Origin: Mytilus trossulus
Taxonomy: Eukaryota
NCBI RefSeq assembly: GCF_036588685.1
Contig: NC_086384.1
Coordinates: forward strand, 50,096,001 to 50,160,000
DNA length: 64,000 nt
Direction: 5' to 3'
The notes beneath the pieces are model-generated. The model was not told where the DNA came from and did no database searches. It saw only the letters and a list, made by a program, of their open reading frames with translations. Positions 61,783 through 64,000 of this stretch are shown here, in pieces (within the stretch, counting starts at the first letter, position 1; the number at the start of each line of letters is the position of its first letter). The position numbers and the translations under genes are program-made.

Positions 61783-64000
61783 TGTAAGTTGTTGGTTCGC
61801 CATTCTTGATGACACGTACTAATGCTTTACGAACCAAACCATCTGAACTTGGATAAACTTCAACTATAGTTCCTGTTAACCACTGATTCCTTTGCAGAGT
61901 ATCATCAATCTTGAGCACAATATCATCCCTACATATATTGCGGCTTTCAACTTCCCACTTTTTCCTGAGTTGAAGATTGTGTAAGTATTCTGTTTTCCAC
62001 CTTTTCCAAAACTGATTGGCTAATACTTGCACTTGTTTCCATTGAGCTTAATAAGTATCTTTAAGTGATAAATCTGGAATATATTCCGTATCATTGTCTG
62101 TTTTGTGAGTGAGGACATTTTGCGATAACACATGAGGTGACTCTGGATCACTAGATACTACAGTTATTGATCTGTTGTTCACAATACAACATCCTTCCGC
62201 CATTAAAGTGCATAGAATTTCATGTGTAATTTGTTTACCTTTTATATCGCACAACATTGAATTCAAGATCTTTCGAGCTAGTCCTATCATACGCTCCCAA
62301 GCACCGCTCATATTGGAGGCGTGTGGTGGGTTAAATTTCCATATGGTTCCATTCTTTTGGAGATGGTCTTTAATTGGTTGGTCTTCAACGTTGAAACTTG
62401 TAATGTCTAGTTCATTTATAGCTCCAATGAAATTTGTACCTTGATCTGACCGGAATTCCTTGACTGGTCCTAGAAGAGCTGTAAATCTGCGCAATGCATT
62501 GGTAAAGGAAGATGAAGTCATCTCCTCAACCACTTCTATGTGTATTGCTCGAGTTACTAGACAGGAAAACATAATCGCCCATCGCTTTGTATTTGCTGAA
62601 CCTCCACGTGTGCGTCTTGTTAAGATGGACCAAGGACCAAAGGTGTCCACGCCCACATAGGTAAATGGAGGGCTTGGTGTGAGACGGTCAGAAGGGAGAT
62701 CAGCCATATTCTTTTGTTCGTCACTTCCTGGCAATTTACGACATTTTATACAGTTGTGTAGGATGGAATTAATGAGGCGTTTACCTCCAGTAAACCATAT
62801 TCCTCTTGAACGAATTGCTCCTTCCTTCAGTAAAATGTCTTCCTATGTGCTGAACAGCATTGTTACAGTGCTTGACTATTAATGTAGCAATGTAGCTTTT
62901 ACCTGGTATAATTACAGGCATTTTTTCACAACTTTCTATGTCTGAGATTTTAAGTCTTCCTCCTACTCGAAGTAATCCATCGGAGTCTAATACTGGTGAA
63001 AGTGCAATTAAACTACTGTTAATTTGTAATGGTTTACTTTGCTTCAATCAGCTAATCTTATTATAGTATGTGTCTTGTTGTACCTCCTTTATAATCAACT
63101 CCTCAGACTCCTTCATAAAGGTGACGCAAGACTTACTGTTCTTTCCATCAGTCGCATCTTTGTGCCAAATTGAAGCTTTTCGTTTAAGAAATGCGATACC
63201 TCTAACAAGACTTGTCCATGTTGAAAAATGTTCAAATAAACTTATGTCTAGACCCGATGACTTAACAAATGTCTTTTTAACTTCCACTAATGATCTCACT
63301 TCTTTGTCGACTTCTGGTTCTATGACTTCAAACAGTGTGCTATCTGATAAATTCTGGGACTCAAAAAAGGCGTTTGGAACTTTTAACCATTCTGATTGTC
63401 TTAGACTGTTAACTTCCAATGGTCTTGTACCATGATCTGCTGGATTGTAGCTTGTTGGCACATAGTTCCATTGCAATTTTGTAGAAACCTTCAGAATTCG
63501 GTCAACTCGATTGCTGACATACACGTAAAATAGCCTAGTCTCATTATATAGATAACCTAGGACCACTTGACTGTCTGTATAAAAGTATGTGGCAGATGAA
63601 GGTATCTCAAAAGTCTTCTGAATGAAAGACGCAAGTTCTGTTGCTAGAACGGCTGCACACAACTCAAGTCTGGGTATGGTGTGACCATGGTTAGGTGCTA
63701 ATTTTGATTTTCCTAATACGAATCCCAACTGAGAATGTCCATTGTCATTGAATGTGCGAATGTAAGCTACTGAGGCTATAGCATCTTTGGATGCATCTGA
63801 ACAGATGTGGAGTTCACATTTTGAACAGTCGCCTAAAGATGTTTCAGTGAAAGATCTTCGGATTTCTAATGTTTCTAAGTCCTTTAAGGATTGTTTCCAG
63901 ACCTGCCAATCATTCAGCAAATATTCTGGTAATGGATCATCCCATTCTACACTTGAGTTTTGTTAAGCTTGTCTCATTATCAGTCTCCCTTCTAGGATTA
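61783..64000 (-). mobile_element. Decayed BEL/Pao LTR retrotransposon pol (RNase H, integrase, C-terminal domain), 3'-truncated with no LTR; continues beyond the window
   Basis: ELHICSDAS, TIPRLELCAAVLA, YTDSQVVL, GVDTFGP, FRSDQGTNF, GAWERMI, FWKRWKTEYL; split by stops and frameshifts. Confidence 0.95.

Overview
AT-rich eukaryotic genomic DNA, most likely bivalve (Mytilus-like; inferred from repeat and gene-family content). The window is an innate-immune gene cluster. It holds six paralogous single-CDS-exon Toll-like receptor loci (LRR-TM-TIR) in three tail-to-tail pairs, each with exactly one intact member: intact at 5070-7529 (+), 16195-18657 (+) and 54390-56855 (-); broken at ~11.1-12.8 kb (-), ~27.0-27.6 kb (-) and ~46.5-49.0 kb (+). 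A recent 1616-bp tandem duplication isolates a complete TIR domain. Between pairs 2 and 3 lie an intact cGAS-like receptor (Mab-21 nucleotidyltransferase plus TPR-like C-terminus) and its pseudogene. The cGLR appears to start from a triplicated micro-exon module carrying IRF/ISRE- and STAT-like motifs. TLR promoters share an ETS site; a kappaB site in two of them is replaced by an ISRE core in the third. Around the genes are a fold-back Academ-type DNA transposon derivative, Penelope-like fragments, several type I hammerhead ribozyme repeats, MITEs, 75-, 63- and 586-bp tandem repeats, an F-box/LRR pseudogene and a decayed BEL/Pao retrotransposon. All comparisons were made by eye, so repeat boundaries are approximate. 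TLR-A to TLR-F are my labels.
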